Shown: positions 47,831 to 57,135 of the stretch, piece by piece
How positions within the stretch are numbered: position 1 is the stretch's first letter
Layout of the letters: each line of letters opens with the position of its first letter
From: a virus
IMG/VR virus record: IMGVR_UViG_3300030085_002231
Location: 27,450 to 91,449 of that record
Strand: one strand, 5' to 3'
Length of the DNA: 64,000 nt
Translations under genes and position numbers: made by a program
Notes under the pieces: generated by a model
Told to the model about the DNA's origin: nothing
The model's input: the letters and a program-made list of their open reading frames with translations, nothing else
Database searches by the model: none

Positions 47831-48787
47831 ATGGCACATTTAGTTGAAACAATGGCGTACGCCGGTGAAGTTCCATGGCATGGTCTTGGTGTACCAGTCA
47901 GCAATGACTTAACACCTGTACAAATGCAGGAAAAAGCAGGCCTCGATTGGCAGGTCCGTGAAGTCGAATCATTCATCGAGTTTGACGGTAAGCGTATGCC
48001 AACAGGTCAAAAGTCTTTGGTCCGTGAAACAGACGGTAAGATTCTTACCAACGTAGGCGAAAACTGGAATCCAGTTCAAAACGACAAAGCGTTTGAATTC
48101 TTCCACGAGTTTGTATTGTCAGGTGATATGGAAATGCATACTGCCGGCTCACTCAAAGGTGGGCAGATGGTATGGGCTTTGGCTAAAGTCAAAGACTCTT
48201 TTGTCATCAATGGTAGGGATCGCGTAGACTCTTACTTGCTCTTCTCTAATCCACATCAGTATGGCAAGTCAATTGACATTCGCTTTACACCTATCCGTGT
48301 GGTATGTAACAACACTCTTACATTCTCACTTGACAGCAAATCAGATGCTTCAGTAAGAGTTGGTCACCGTGTAGAGTTCGATGCCGACGCTGCAAAGAAA
48401 GCTATCGGTATTGCAAAGGACAAGATGGAAACCTACAGCGATGTAGCACAGTTCTTGTCAAGCAAGCGCTTTACACCTGACTCATACATCGAGTATCTCA
48501 ACGCAGTCTTTCCACGTACAGCAGACAAGCGTGTACAGGGTAAAGCACTGTCAGTAGAAACTCTATCACGCAATGCAAAGCTTGCACACGATGTACTGGA
48601 AACCCAGCCTGGTGCTGAATACGCTGAAGGCTCATGGTGGCAGGCATTTAATTCAGTAACGTTCATTACAGATCATGTACAGGGACGTAATTCTGATAAT
48701 CGCTTGTATTCATCATGGTTCGGTGGAAATCAAGTACGCAAGCGGGATGCACTAAAGTCTGCAATTGAATATGCAGAAGCAGCATAA
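47831..48787 (+). CDS. DUF932/DUF945 family protein
   Basis: PWHGLG, AGLDW.V, PVQN, TAGSLKGG, TPIRVVCNNTL. Confidence 0.9.
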   Translation: MAHLVETMAYAGEVPWHGLGVPVSNDLTPVQMQEKAGLDWQVREVESFIEFDGKRMPTGQKSLVRETDGKILTNVGENWNPVQNDKAFEFFHEFVLSGDMEMHTAGSLKGGQMVWALAKVKDSFVINGRDRVDSYLLFSNPHQYGKSIDIRFTPIRVVCNNTLTFSLDSKSDASVRVGHRVEFDADAAKKAIGIAKDKMETYSDVAQFLSSKRFTPDSYIEYLNAVFPRTADKRVQGKALSVETLSRNAKLAHDVLETQPGAEYAEGSWWQAFNSVTFITDHVQGRNSDNRLYSSWFGGNQVRKRDALKSAIEYAEAA

Positions 48788-48930
48788 TGCGAGATTTGTA
48801 TATGATGATAGTAATAGTCTCTATGAGTGGTTGTACCGCCGTAGAGACTTCTACTCAATTATATCAACTGTGTAAATATCAGGACAAGTGTCCCGTAGAA
48901 GTTGTAGGTAATTGGTTAAAGGGAGGATAG
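48787..48930 (+). CDS. Small putative lipoprotein (47 aa)
   Basis: TAATG coupling; hydrophobic stretch and lipobox-like MSGC. Confidence 0.5.
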   Translation: MRDLYMMIVIVSMSGCTAVETSTQLYQLCKYQDKCPVEVVGNWLKGG

Positions 48931-48992
48931 ATAATGGAAATAATCGCATTTCTAGTAATTGGTAATATTCTATTAAGTGGATTAAATATTTT

Positions 48993-49190
48993 ATGAGTAT
49001 GAGAAGTATCGAAAGAGATGTCAAGGCTATGTCATTAGGCCTTGACGTCGTCAACCAAGAAATAGATTTTTGGGAAGCTCGTCTAAAGAAAGATCGTTCA
49101 GTTAAAAAAAGACTCGAGCGATTATACGAAGCTCGCAAGCATCTTATAGATAATCCTGAAAAAGCAAATGAACTGATACAGAGGTTGTAA
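48993..49190 (+). CDS. Hypothetical protein
   Basis: 65-aa ORF coupled to the next gene. Confidence 0.6.
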   Translation: MSMRSIERDVKAMSLGLDVVNQEIDFWEARLKKDRSVKKRLERLYEARKHLIDNPEKANELIQRL

Positions 49191-49552
49191 TGAGAGAGTT
49201 CATATATAATAGTTGGAATGGTGTGATGGATTCCAACTACAATCCTTTACGTCACATTCCTGATTTAAACACACGCCACTTAGTGTTGCAAGTTTTAGCT
49301 TGGATGTGGTGTATTGTGTTTGCAATCATTGTAGGTAGTTGGACTGTATTTGGTATTAGTGCAGTTGTGCACGTTATCTTACTTGCAGCAATTGCAATTA
49401 CAGTTGGTACATTCGAAGTTGCAAGAAAAAATCCTGCGTTCTTTATAAAGAAAGATGGTTATCATAGCTTTCCACGTGCACGACAGACAATGTGGATTAA
49501 TGGTAAGAAAGTAAAACTCGATAAGAACGATCCTGGTGGAGAGCATGAATAA
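49190..49552 (+). CDS. Conserved hypothetical membrane protein
   Basis: WNGVMD..YNPLRHIPD...RH..LQVLAWMWC; two TM helices. Confidence 0.75.
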   Translation: MREFIYNSWNGVMDSNYNPLRHIPDLNTRHLVLQVLAWMWCIVFAIIVGSWTVFGISAVVHVILLAAIAITVGTFEVARKNPAFFIKKDGYHSFPRARQTMWINGKKVKLDKNDPGGEHE

Positions 49553-49823
49553 TAGCCAATGGAACGTAGAAATAAAACCTAAGTGTGAATCCGGGTCACG
49601 TTTGTTTATTACAGCTGAAGGTAAAGTTCGTCCTTGTATGTGGATTAGTGAAAGAAGTCCAGAAAAAAACATTTTTGATGATGATATAAATTACGATTTG
49701 AATCATACAACAATTGACGATATAGTAAATGTACACTTAAAAAAATTCACAGATGACATAAAAGAAAATCCGTACATGGGTTTGAAAATTTGTTTTTATG
49801 AATGCACATCTAGAACTAACTAG
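49545..49823 (+). CDS. Stand-alone SPASM/Twitch-like domain
   Basis: PKC......ITAEG.V.PC, C...C at C-terminus. Confidence 0.65.
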   Translation: MNNSQWNVEIKPKCESGSRLFITAEGKVRPCMWISERSPEKNIFDDDINYDLNHTTIDDIVNVHLKKFTDDIKENPYMGLKICFYECTSRTN

Positions 49824-50400
49824 AAGATGCTTATTAGCATGTCCTAAATGCCCGCGTACTATAATGCGCGGACAATACAACGTATGTGATTTATCTTTAC
49901 AACACATATCTCAAATTTGTACATTAAATCCAAAAATGCTATACATGTTGGGTAACTATGGTGATCCAATATATCACCCACAAATGCAAGAAATAATAAT
50001 GATTATGCAACATTATGATCAAGCATACACACTTGCTACTGCAGGTACAGGTAGAAAGCTAGATTGGTGGAGTGATTTATATAATGGATATGATAATAAA
50101 AAAGGTAGATATATTTTTGTAGTAGACGGTATTGAACATAGTGCACCAATATATAGAGTTGGTATGAACTGGAAAGAAACATTTGGTGCTATGACTTTAG
50201 GTGCCAATTTAGGAAAGAATATTGTGTGGGAATATATAATAATGAAACACAATGAAGATGATGTTATGATAGCTAAACAAATGGCAAGTGATCATGGCAT
50301 CAAATTAAAATTAGAATACAGTCAGAAGTGGGATGGAGAAGATGATCCTTATAAACCACGTATGACTTATGAAGAATATAAAAATTTATTAACAGCATAG
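49798..50400 (+). CDS. Radical SAM protein
   Basis: ELT..CLLACPKCPR (CxxxCxxC), GNYGDP..HP, VDG, YRVG, HNE. Confidence 0.88.
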   Translation: MNAHLELTRRCLLACPKCPRTIMRGQYNVCDLSLQHISQICTLNPKMLYMLGNYGDPIYHPQMQEIIMIMQHYDQAYTLATAGTGRKLDWWSDLYNGYDNKKGRYIFVVDGIEHSAPIYRVGMNWKETFGAMTLGANLGKNIVWEYIIMKHNEDDVMIAKQMASDHGIKLKLEYSQKWDGEDDPYKPRMTYEEYKNLLTA

Positions 50401-50411
50401 TGGAAAAGGTA

Positions 50412-51377
50412 ATGAAAAAATTTATGCTTGTTGCCGCATTAGCGGTTTTCGGTATGTCATCAAATGCAAATGCAGAATGTGGCAAATTTACAATGGCTGG
50501 CCTATCATGGGGTTCAGCTTCAATCTTAGGTGAAATCGATAGACTAATCTTAAATAAAAATTATGGTTGTGAAATTGATTTGATTCCCGGTGGTACTGTA
50601 CCATCATTTACATCGATGAATGAAAAACAAGTACCCGATGTGATGGGTGAACTGTGGCCAAATGCTGCAGGTATTGATGTCTATAATGAAGCAATCAAAA
50701 ATAATCGAATTGTAGAAGTCGTAGATAAATCACCAATTGGTGGTGTAGCTGAGGGCTGGTACATCCTACCAAACATTTTAGAAACTAACCCTGAACTTAC
50801 AACACTTGAAGCAGTACTAAACCGCCCGGATCTTTTTCCACATTTTGAAGATCCGACAGTTGGAGGCTTCGTAACGTGCCCTATTGGTGCAGGTTGCCAA
50901 ATTTCTAACGCCAATCTTTTTGTTGCAAACAAAATGAAAGAAAAAGGCTGGAAGATTATTGAGCCTGGTTCATACGCGGCTGAAGATGCAACCATCACAC
51001 GTGCAGCAAATCGTAACCTGCCATGGTTTGGTTATTATTCTGCGCCAACTGCATTCATCGGTAAGTATAAGCTAGTAAAGTTAGACTGGGGTGTAGGATT
51101 TGCAGGACAAGAAAACTGGAATTGTATTACAAAACCAGATTGTCCAGATCCTAAGCCATCTGCATGGACTGAATCTTTTGTAAGAACTATTTTTACCAGT
51201 GAATTTGACAATAAAGTTACACCAGAAGTAAGAAACTATTTTGCTAATCGTGTAATTCCAGGTGATCTAATGAACAACCTATTGTTGTACATGGAAGATA
51301 ATCAATCAACACCAGATGAAGTAGCCGAATACTTTATGGAGAACTATAAGGATGTTTGGCAAGACTGGGTTATGTAA
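50412..51377 (+). CDS. Glycine betaine/proline ABC transporter substrate-binding protein (ProX/OpuAC family)
   Basis: Signal peptide; W.SA, YGC..L.PG.TVPSFTSM.EK..PD...ELW, EGWY, CP.G.GC. Confidence 0.85.
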   Translation: MKKFMLVAALAVFGMSSNANAECGKFTMAGLSWGSASILGEIDRLILNKNYGCEIDLIPGGTVPSFTSMNEKQVPDVMGELWPNAAGIDVYNEAIKNNRIVEVVDKSPIGGVAEGWYILPNILETNPELTTLEAVLNRPDLFPHFEDPTVGGFVTCPIGAGCQISNANLFVANKMKEKGWKIIEPGSYAAEDATITRAANRNLPWFGYYSAPTAFIGKYKLVKLDWGVGFAGQENWNCITKPDCPDPKPSAWTESFVRTIFTSEFDNKVTPEVRNYFANRVIPGDLMNNLLLYMEDNQSTPDEVAEYFMENYKDVWQDWVM

Positions 51378-51608
51378 TGAAAAAACATAGCATAGATCAA
51401 ACTGCAGCTTGGGCTAAGAGTTGGAAGCTCAAAGGATATGAACACCTGTATCCAGAGAATCGTGAAAAGAACAGGCAGCATGCGATTAAAAAAAATAATG
51501 AACGCAAGAGAAACACTGATTACAAATGAAGTGGTTATTAGCTTGGTATAAAAAATGGCTGGCTAAAAAAGAAGCTAGCGTGCCTAAGTACTTAGGACGT
51601 AAGTAATT

Positions 51609-51640
51609 AAAAAAAGGGGAGATCTTTTCTCCCCTTTTTC
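51609..51640. terminator. Bidirectional terminator between convergent genes
   Basis: AAAAAGGGGAGA-tctt-TCTCCCCTTTTT. Confidence 0.85.
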
Positions 51641-51643
51641 ATC

Positions 51644-51877
51644 TTATTTTCTATTCCAGATTCCCCAAAGAACCCAGACAGCAATAAGACCCATAATCCC
51701 GTGTGACCCTAGTGTACTGAGCATCGAAGAAACATTTTCGACTACGCTAAGTCCTTGTGGCATGAATGGCATGTTGCCAAGACCAAGAACTTCAACAACG
51801 ATTGCGAGTGCTGCTACGCTGATACCAACGTCGGCTAGTGCACCAGCCCATTGTTTGATTTTGTTAAGCACTTCCAT
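51644..51877 (-). CDS. Small two-TM membrane protein
   Basis: GAGGAGG RBS; two hydrophobic helices. Confidence 0.8.
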   Translation of the reverse strand: MEVLNKIKQWAGALADVGISVAALAIVVEVLGLGNMPFMPQGLSVVENVSSMLSTLGSHGIMGLIAVWVLWGIWNRK

Positions 51878-51953
51878 GTAGTGCCTCCTCTACTAGTTAT
51901 GAGAGACATTTACTCTCAACATTAATTTATTTATCTAAAAGCAAATTTTATAG

Positions 51954-51982
51954 TGTACTTTTCAGTATAAATAGGGTATAAT
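51954..51982 (+). promoter_or_regulatory. Early promoter with a late promoter nested in its spacer
   Basis: TGTACT-17-TATAAT containing TATAAATA at 51966-51973. Confidence 0.7.
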
Positions 51983-52004
51983 AATAGTAGGATGGAAAAA
52001 TACC

Positions 52005-53399
52005 GTGTTACGTTTTAAAAGATTCTTATTGGAGAAAGCTATGCCAAGTTATGGACGTTTGTCGCCAGCTGAGTTTTCGAAAGTAAATTCACAAACGGGA
52101 GAGCCGCGGCTTGACATCTTACGTAGAATTATGAAAGATGGTGAGGAGATACCTAAAATTGATGGCTCTATGATTAAGATAACAAACAATCAAGCAAATC
52201 AGGATGCTATTAATAAATTAGAATCAGAAAATAAAACACAAGATATTGAAACTAACTTCGGAACTATCAAAACATCAGAGATAGGTAAGTCACCAATATT
52301 CGGCGGGGCCGGAGCTGGCGCAGGTATGACCGGTCAAACCGCTAAAGGCGAAAGTTTGCAATGCTTATATTGTGCAGCAATAGCTGCAGATAATCGTGTA
52401 AGGTCTTTCGAATCATATGCTCAAGATGATCTCAAAGGTGTATTGAATCGTGTTGGTGTGGATACAACATTTGATGTTATGATGGAACTGGATGGGTCAT
52501 GGCACTGGTCAGCGTATTGGACAGCAAAGACATTGAAGCGTAAAGGTTACCTCGATAAAGCAATGACTTTTCATAGAGGCGATGCAGTGATGAAGTCTAT
52601 ATATGATGCAAAAAATAAAGCTGTTAGGAACTCAGGTCTTGGTCGTTTTTCTGATGATAAATGGAATCCTGGAGATATATGGGCAGTGGGTAGAGGCTAT
52701 AATCCTAAAAATTTGCCTACTGGGTCAATACAAGAATTAAATGAGGAATTGCTAAGACTATTAAATAACAAAAAACTTATTGGTATATCGCTCAAAAAAA
52801 TTATAAAAGAAGACGGTGTAAAGTGTGAACTACTAAATGCAGAAAACGGTTTGGACACTCACACATTCAAGAGTGGAAGACTTATGGTATCTTTTGCTAG
52901 AAAAGGTTCTGAGTTCTGGCGCAGTCAAAAAGGTGATATTGAATTTGATTCGACAAGTAAGATGGATGTTAGAACATCATCTGCCTTATCAGCACCTAAT
53001 GTTGAAATACAGTTAGCAACTGCCCGCGGTGGTAGAGCAGGATGGGGAGAAATAACTCAATCTTTAAGAAAGAGATTAAACAAAAATGTTCCAAGCAATG
53101 AATCATTAAAAAGACAAGCAAGGGAATTAAATACTCGTGGTGAAAAATCTCGATTTGCAACAGTATATTATAACATGGCGAAGAAGGTACATCCAGGTTT
53201 AAGTAAAGATGAATTTAATGCAGGACTTACATCAAGCGCTTTGTCGAAAGTGCACAGTAAGATTGCAGCAATCTATGTCATATCATCTTTAATTGAAAAT
53301 AAGCGAAATGGAAAAGCAGATTTAGTTATTACAGATCTTGTAAATTTTGCAGGTTCAAAGTCTGATATATCGTCTGCATATTTGAAGGTATACCAATAA
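52005..53399 (+). CDS. Putative PD-(D/E)xK-fold nuclease with capsid-targeting-like N-terminus
   Basis: GESLQC...KWNPGDIW...IGISLKK; N-terminus MLRFKRFLLE. Confidence 0.5.
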   Translation: MLRFKRFLLEKAMPSYGRLSPAEFSKVNSQTGEPRLDILRRIMKDGEEIPKIDGSMIKITNNQANQDAINKLESENKTQDIETNFGTIKTSEIGKSPIFGGAGAGAGMTGQTAKGESLQCLYCAAIAADNRVRSFESYAQDDLKGVLNRVGVDTTFDVMMELDGSWHWSAYWTAKTLKRKGYLDKAMTFHRGDAVMKSIYDAKNKAVRNSGLGRFSDDKWNPGDIWAVGRGYNPKNLPTGSIQELNEELLRLLNNKKLIGISLKKIIKEDGVKCELLNAENGLDTHTFKSGRLMVSFARKGSEFWRSQKGDIEFDSTSKMDVRTSSALSAPNVEIQLATARGGRAGWGEITQSLRKRLNKNVPSNESLKRQARELNTRGEKSRFATVYYNMAKKVHPGLSKDEFNAGLTSSALSKVHSKIAAIYVISSLIENKRNGKADLVITDLVNFAGSKSDISSAYLKVYQ

Positions 53400-54628
53400 T
53401 GGAAAGCTTTAGTGGATATATAACTGAAAGTAAAAATACACACATGACTCATATAGAAGACAAAGTTCTATATGGTGGTGTTAAAGGTACGAGAGAAGCA
53501 ATCATGGCATTGCGTTCTCTACGTGACATGTTAGGAGGTGATCATGCTAGTAACGTATCTGTCAAGTGGGACGGTGCTCCTGCTGTGTTTGCTGGCACTG
53601 ACCCTAGTGATGGTAGATTCTTCGTGGCGAAAAAAGGGATCTTTAACAAATCTCCCAAAGTATACAAGAGTAATGCTGATATTGACGCTGATACTAGTGG
53701 TGACCTTAATTCAAAACTTAAGCTTGCTTTACAATATCTACCTGAGTTAGGAATCAAAGGAGTAATACAAGGTGATTTTCTCTACGGTCCGGGCGATGTG
53801 CAAAAGAAAAAAATCGGTGGTAAAAGCTATATTACGTTCCACCCCAATACAATTGTTTATGCAATACCGGCTGGCACGGATATGGCCAGGGAAATACAGA
53901 GAAAAAAGATTGGAATCGTATGGCATACGTCGTACAAAGGTAGAACATTTGCAGGAATGAAACAAAGTTTTGGTGTTGACACAAGTAAGTTTCGCAATAG
54001 TAAAAACGTATGGTCGCAAGATGCTATGTTACGTGATTTGACTAAGTACACCTTAAGTAAAAAGGACACGGAGGAAGTCAATGAATTACTTAGCAAAGCG
54101 GGTTTTATCTTCAATCAAATCGCTGGTAGCACTCTTCGCCAGTTGGAAGCTAATCAAACTCTTGCTCAAACTATTGAGACGTATAATAATACCTTTGTTC
54201 GTCGTGGTGAAGTGGTTAAAAACACACGTAATCATGTTGGTGGTCTTCTACGTTATATACGCAACAAGTATAGGAAAGAGCGTGACAAGCGCACTACACA
54301 AGCTGGCAAGGCTGCTCAAGATAAAAAGTTAAACGAAATCTTAGCTTTCTTTTCAGAAAAAAATAAAAAGTCATTGATACAAATGTTTGAACTACAAAAG
54401 ATGATAGTTCTTGCAAAATTAAAACTTATAAATAGATTAGATAAACTTGCAAATGTTGAAGCATTTTTAAAAACAAACAAGGGGTATCGTACAACTGGCC
54501 AAGAAGGCTATGTAGCAATCGATAAACTTGGTGGTGATGCAGTGAAGATCGTTGACCGTATGGAATTTTCATACGCCAACTTTTCACCGGATATATTAAA
54601 AGGATGGGATAAACCAGGGAGAAAATAA
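53399..54628 (+). CDS. DUF6267-like protein, ligase/nucleotidyltransferase-type KxDG
   Basis: KNTHMTHIED, SVKWDGAPA, QGDFLY, EGYVAID, VKIVDRMEFS. Confidence 0.65.
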   Translation: MESFSGYITESKNTHMTHIEDKVLYGGVKGTREAIMALRSLRDMLGGDHASNVSVKWDGAPAVFAGTDPSDGRFFVAKKGIFNKSPKVYKSNADIDADTSGDLNSKLKLALQYLPELGIKGVIQGDFLYGPGDVQKKKIGGKSYITFHPNTIVYAIPAGTDMAREIQRKKIGIVWHTSYKGRTFAGMKQSFGVDTSKFRNSKNVWSQDAMLRDLTKYTLSKKDTEEVNELLSKAGFIFNQIAGSTLRQLEANQTLAQTIETYNNTFVRRGEVVKNTRNHVGGLLRYIRNKYRKERDKRTTQAGKAAQDKKLNEILAFFSEKNKKSLIQMFELQKMIVLAKLKLINRLDKLANVEAFLKTNKGYRTTGQEGYVAIDKLGGDAVKIVDRMEFSYANFSPDILKGWDKPGRK

Positions 54629-55104
54629 TGAATGACATATACGATCATCAAAAACCTGTAGGTGGTCCATTATCATTCAGACATTTTTATGTAGCAGAGT
54701 ATAGACCAGGTGAGGATGAACTCACTAATTATCGTGCAAAGAAACGTAAAAATGGTGCAATGTATGAAGAAACTGAAACCAGCGAGGCTCTAAGCTTATC
54801 ACAGCGCTTAGCTCGCCGGCGTATGATGAAAAGATTCAAGGGTAAGATTAAGATCGGCCGTGATCGTGCAAAGCGTAGAATGGCTAATAAAAAAGTCCTT
54901 GACAGACGTGCCATAAAACAAGCCAAAACAACCATCCTTAAAAAATTAACAAAAGGTGTTCCTAAGAGTGAACTATCTTTTGCTCGCCGCCAAGAAATAG
55001 AAAGAAGACTTGAAAAACCTAATGTGCGTAAGCGAATACAAATGCTGGCCAAAAGGTTATATAAAGACGTGAGAAAGAAAGAAGTACAGCGGAAAAAAGG
55101 ATGA
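54628..55104 (+). CDS. Basic (R/K-rich) head-associated protein
   Basis: EALSLSQRLARRRMM; extremely basic. Confidence 0.65.
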   Translation: MNDIYDHQKPVGGPLSFRHFYVAEYRPGEDELTNYRAKKRKNGAMYEETETSEALSLSQRLARRRMMKRFKGKIKIGRDRAKRRMANKKVLDRRAIKQAKTTILKKLTKGVPKSELSFARRQEIERRLEKPNVRKRIQMLAKRLYKDVRKKEVQRKKG

Positions 55105-56300
55105 TTAATTCTTTTAAGAATTTTTTAGTTGAAGACAGTAAGGTAGTTTATTTTACATTTGGTAGAATGAACCCACCTACTATAGGTCATGAGAAAGTAC
55201 TAGACAAGTTAGCTACATTATCTCGTGGTAATACTTATAGAGTGTTCTTGTCACAGTCACAGGATAACAAAAAAAATCCTTTGTCATATAGAGAAAAAAT
55301 TAAAATTGCACGTAAGATGTTTCCAAGACATGCACGTTCAATTATGATGAATAAAAAAGTTAAGAACGTATTCGATATTGCAAAAGTATTATACGACGAA
55401 GGGTTTACTAAAGTATGTATGGTAGTAGGTTCAGATCGTGTTAGAGAGTTCGATATACTATTAAACAAGTATAATGGAAAAAAAGCTAATCATGGGTTTT
55501 ATAACTTTAAAAGTATCGAAGTAAAATCTGCAGGTGAAAGAGATCCAGATGCTGAAGGTGCATCAGGAATGTCAGCTACAAAGATGAGAGATGCGGCAAA
55601 GGACAATGAGTTTACAAAGTTCGCACAAGGTCTGCCAAAGAAAGTTTCTAATGCAGATGCTAAGTCAATATTCAATTCAGTGCGAAAAGGCATGGGTCTA
55701 AAAGAACAAAAACAGTTTAAAAATCACGTGCAGTTAAAATCAGTATCAAGTGATAGAGAAGATTTTGTAGAAGGTTTATATCAACCAGGTGATAAAGTAA
55801 TAATTAAAGAATCAGACGTAGTTGCAACGGTAGTACAAAGAGGTGCCAACTATCTGATAGTAGAATCAAATGGTGTGCAAATGAGAAAATGGTTAGAACA
55901 CGTAGAGTTGATGGAAAAAGAAGGCAACCAAAAAGTGCGGCAAGATCCTGATATCAAGAAAGCACCGGGCACACAGCCGGCTCCTTACTATGGTGGTCTT
56001 AAAAAATCAACTAAGAAGAAAAGACTAGCACACTTTAAGAAGGGTGCAAAGATGGATGATGATAATCCAGCTGCGTATAAACCAGCACCTGGTGATAAAA
56101 CGGCAAAGACAAAGCCAAGCAAACACACTTTGAAATATAAAAGAATGTTTGGTGATTCAGTTGATGAAAAAATAAACCTTGCAATGGCAAAGAAAAAAAT
56201 TAATAAAGAAAAAGATAGACTTGCTATGAAACACGATAGAATGATGGACAGGGCTCGTATAAGAGATGCAAGACAAAAGAACAGGGAAACAAGACCATGA
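55101..56300 (+). CDS. HxGH-superfamily nucleotidyltransferase (cytidylyltransferase-like) with basic C-terminal extension
   Basis: FGRMNPPTIGHEK, KNPL, VGSDRV, MSATKMR. Confidence 0.85.
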   Translation: MINSFKNFLVEDSKVVYFTFGRMNPPTIGHEKVLDKLATLSRGNTYRVFLSQSQDNKKNPLSYREKIKIARKMFPRHARSIMMNKKVKNVFDIAKVLYDEGFTKVCMVVGSDRVREFDILLNKYNGKKANHGFYNFKSIEVKSAGERDPDAEGASGMSATKMRDAAKDNEFTKFAQGLPKKVSNADAKSIFNSVRKGMGLKEQKQFKNHVQLKSVSSDREDFVEGLYQPGDKVIIKESDVVATVVQRGANYLIVESNGVQMRKWLEHVELMEKEGNQKVRQDPDIKKAPGTQPAPYYGGLKKSTKKKRLAHFKKGAKMDDDNPAAYKPAPGDKTAKTKPSKHTLKYKRMFGDSVDEKINLAMAKKKINKEKDRLAMKHDRMMDRARIRDARQKNRETRP

Positions 56301-56548
56301 TTAAGTTTAGTCAATACATTTTAGAGAATGAGGGACTAAAAAAGAAGGCAGCCAAGTCTGGCATTTCTTTAGGAACTCTTAAAAAAGTTTATAACCGCGG
56401 CATGGCAGCATGGCGTACAGGTCACCGGCCAGGTACTACACCACAACAGTGGGGCATGGCTCGAGTCAATTCATATATCACAAAAGGTAAAGGCACGTAT
56501 TACGGGGCTGATGCTGATTTGCGTGGCGCTAAGAGGAAAACAAAATGA
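56297..56548 (+). CDS. DUF5824-like small basic protein
   Basis: VYNRGMAAWRTGHRPG.TPQQWGMARVNS. Confidence 0.7.
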   Translation: MIKFSQYILENEGLKKKAAKSGISLGTLKKVYNRGMAAWRTGHRPGTTPQQWGMARVNSYITKGKGTYYGADADLRGAKRKTK

Positions 56549-57126
56549 AAACTTTCGACCAAATAAGAGAAGGATACGTTTCTTACGCACAGCAGAAAGC
56601 TGCACACGCCTCCATGGCAGAACGTGGTAAGAAGAAAAAGAAAGAAGATACTTCTGACGCAGTCAAAGCTTTCTTAGCAAAAGGTGGTAAGATAAAAAAA
56701 CTTCCACCGGCAAAAGCACAGGGCTATCATGGCAAGGATGATCCTGGCAAAGATGTTAGAGGTATGCTAGATAAGCCTGACACTAAGAAGTCTGTGATGG
56801 GTACTCGTAAAAAAGCCAAATCAATGGAAGCAAACGAAGCAATGATTATACGGTCTAAGAAACCTGCATCAAAACTTCGTAGGGATGCAGAAAGTCGGCC
56901 GGCCGGAGTGAGAGAAATATCAAAGGCAAAGCTTGGTCGCTATATGAAGAAGGTACCGGCAAGTGCAGCTGATGCTGGAAGAAAATCCGCCGGTACTACT
57001 GGTATTGGTCCGGACGATCAAAAGAAAAATGTAGAAAAAGGAATCAGAAAATTTGTCAATAGACAAAAAGGTACATCTATGGCTGTAGATAAACTAACTG
57101 GTAAAGCTAAAGTACCTGCAAAATAG
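56545..57126 (+). CDS. Basic internal head protein
   Basis: MKTFDQIRE N-terminus; K-rich modules. Confidence 0.65.
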   Translation: MKTFDQIREGYVSYAQQKAAHASMAERGKKKKKEDTSDAVKAFLAKGGKIKKLPPAKAQGYHGKDDPGKDVRGMLDKPDTKKSVMGTRKKAKSMEANEAMIIRSKKPASKLRRDAESRPAGVREISKAKLGRYMKKVPASAADAGRKSAGTTGIGPDDQKKNVEKGIRKFVNRQKGTSMAVDKLTGKAKVPAK

Positions 57127-57135
57127 GATTGTAAA

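Noticed and set aside
54427-54434. TATAAATA inside the 53399 gene (also 18458-18465 inside gp62)
   Set aside because: Intragenic in AT-rich DNA; may be real late promoters but cannot be distinguished from chance without TSS data.
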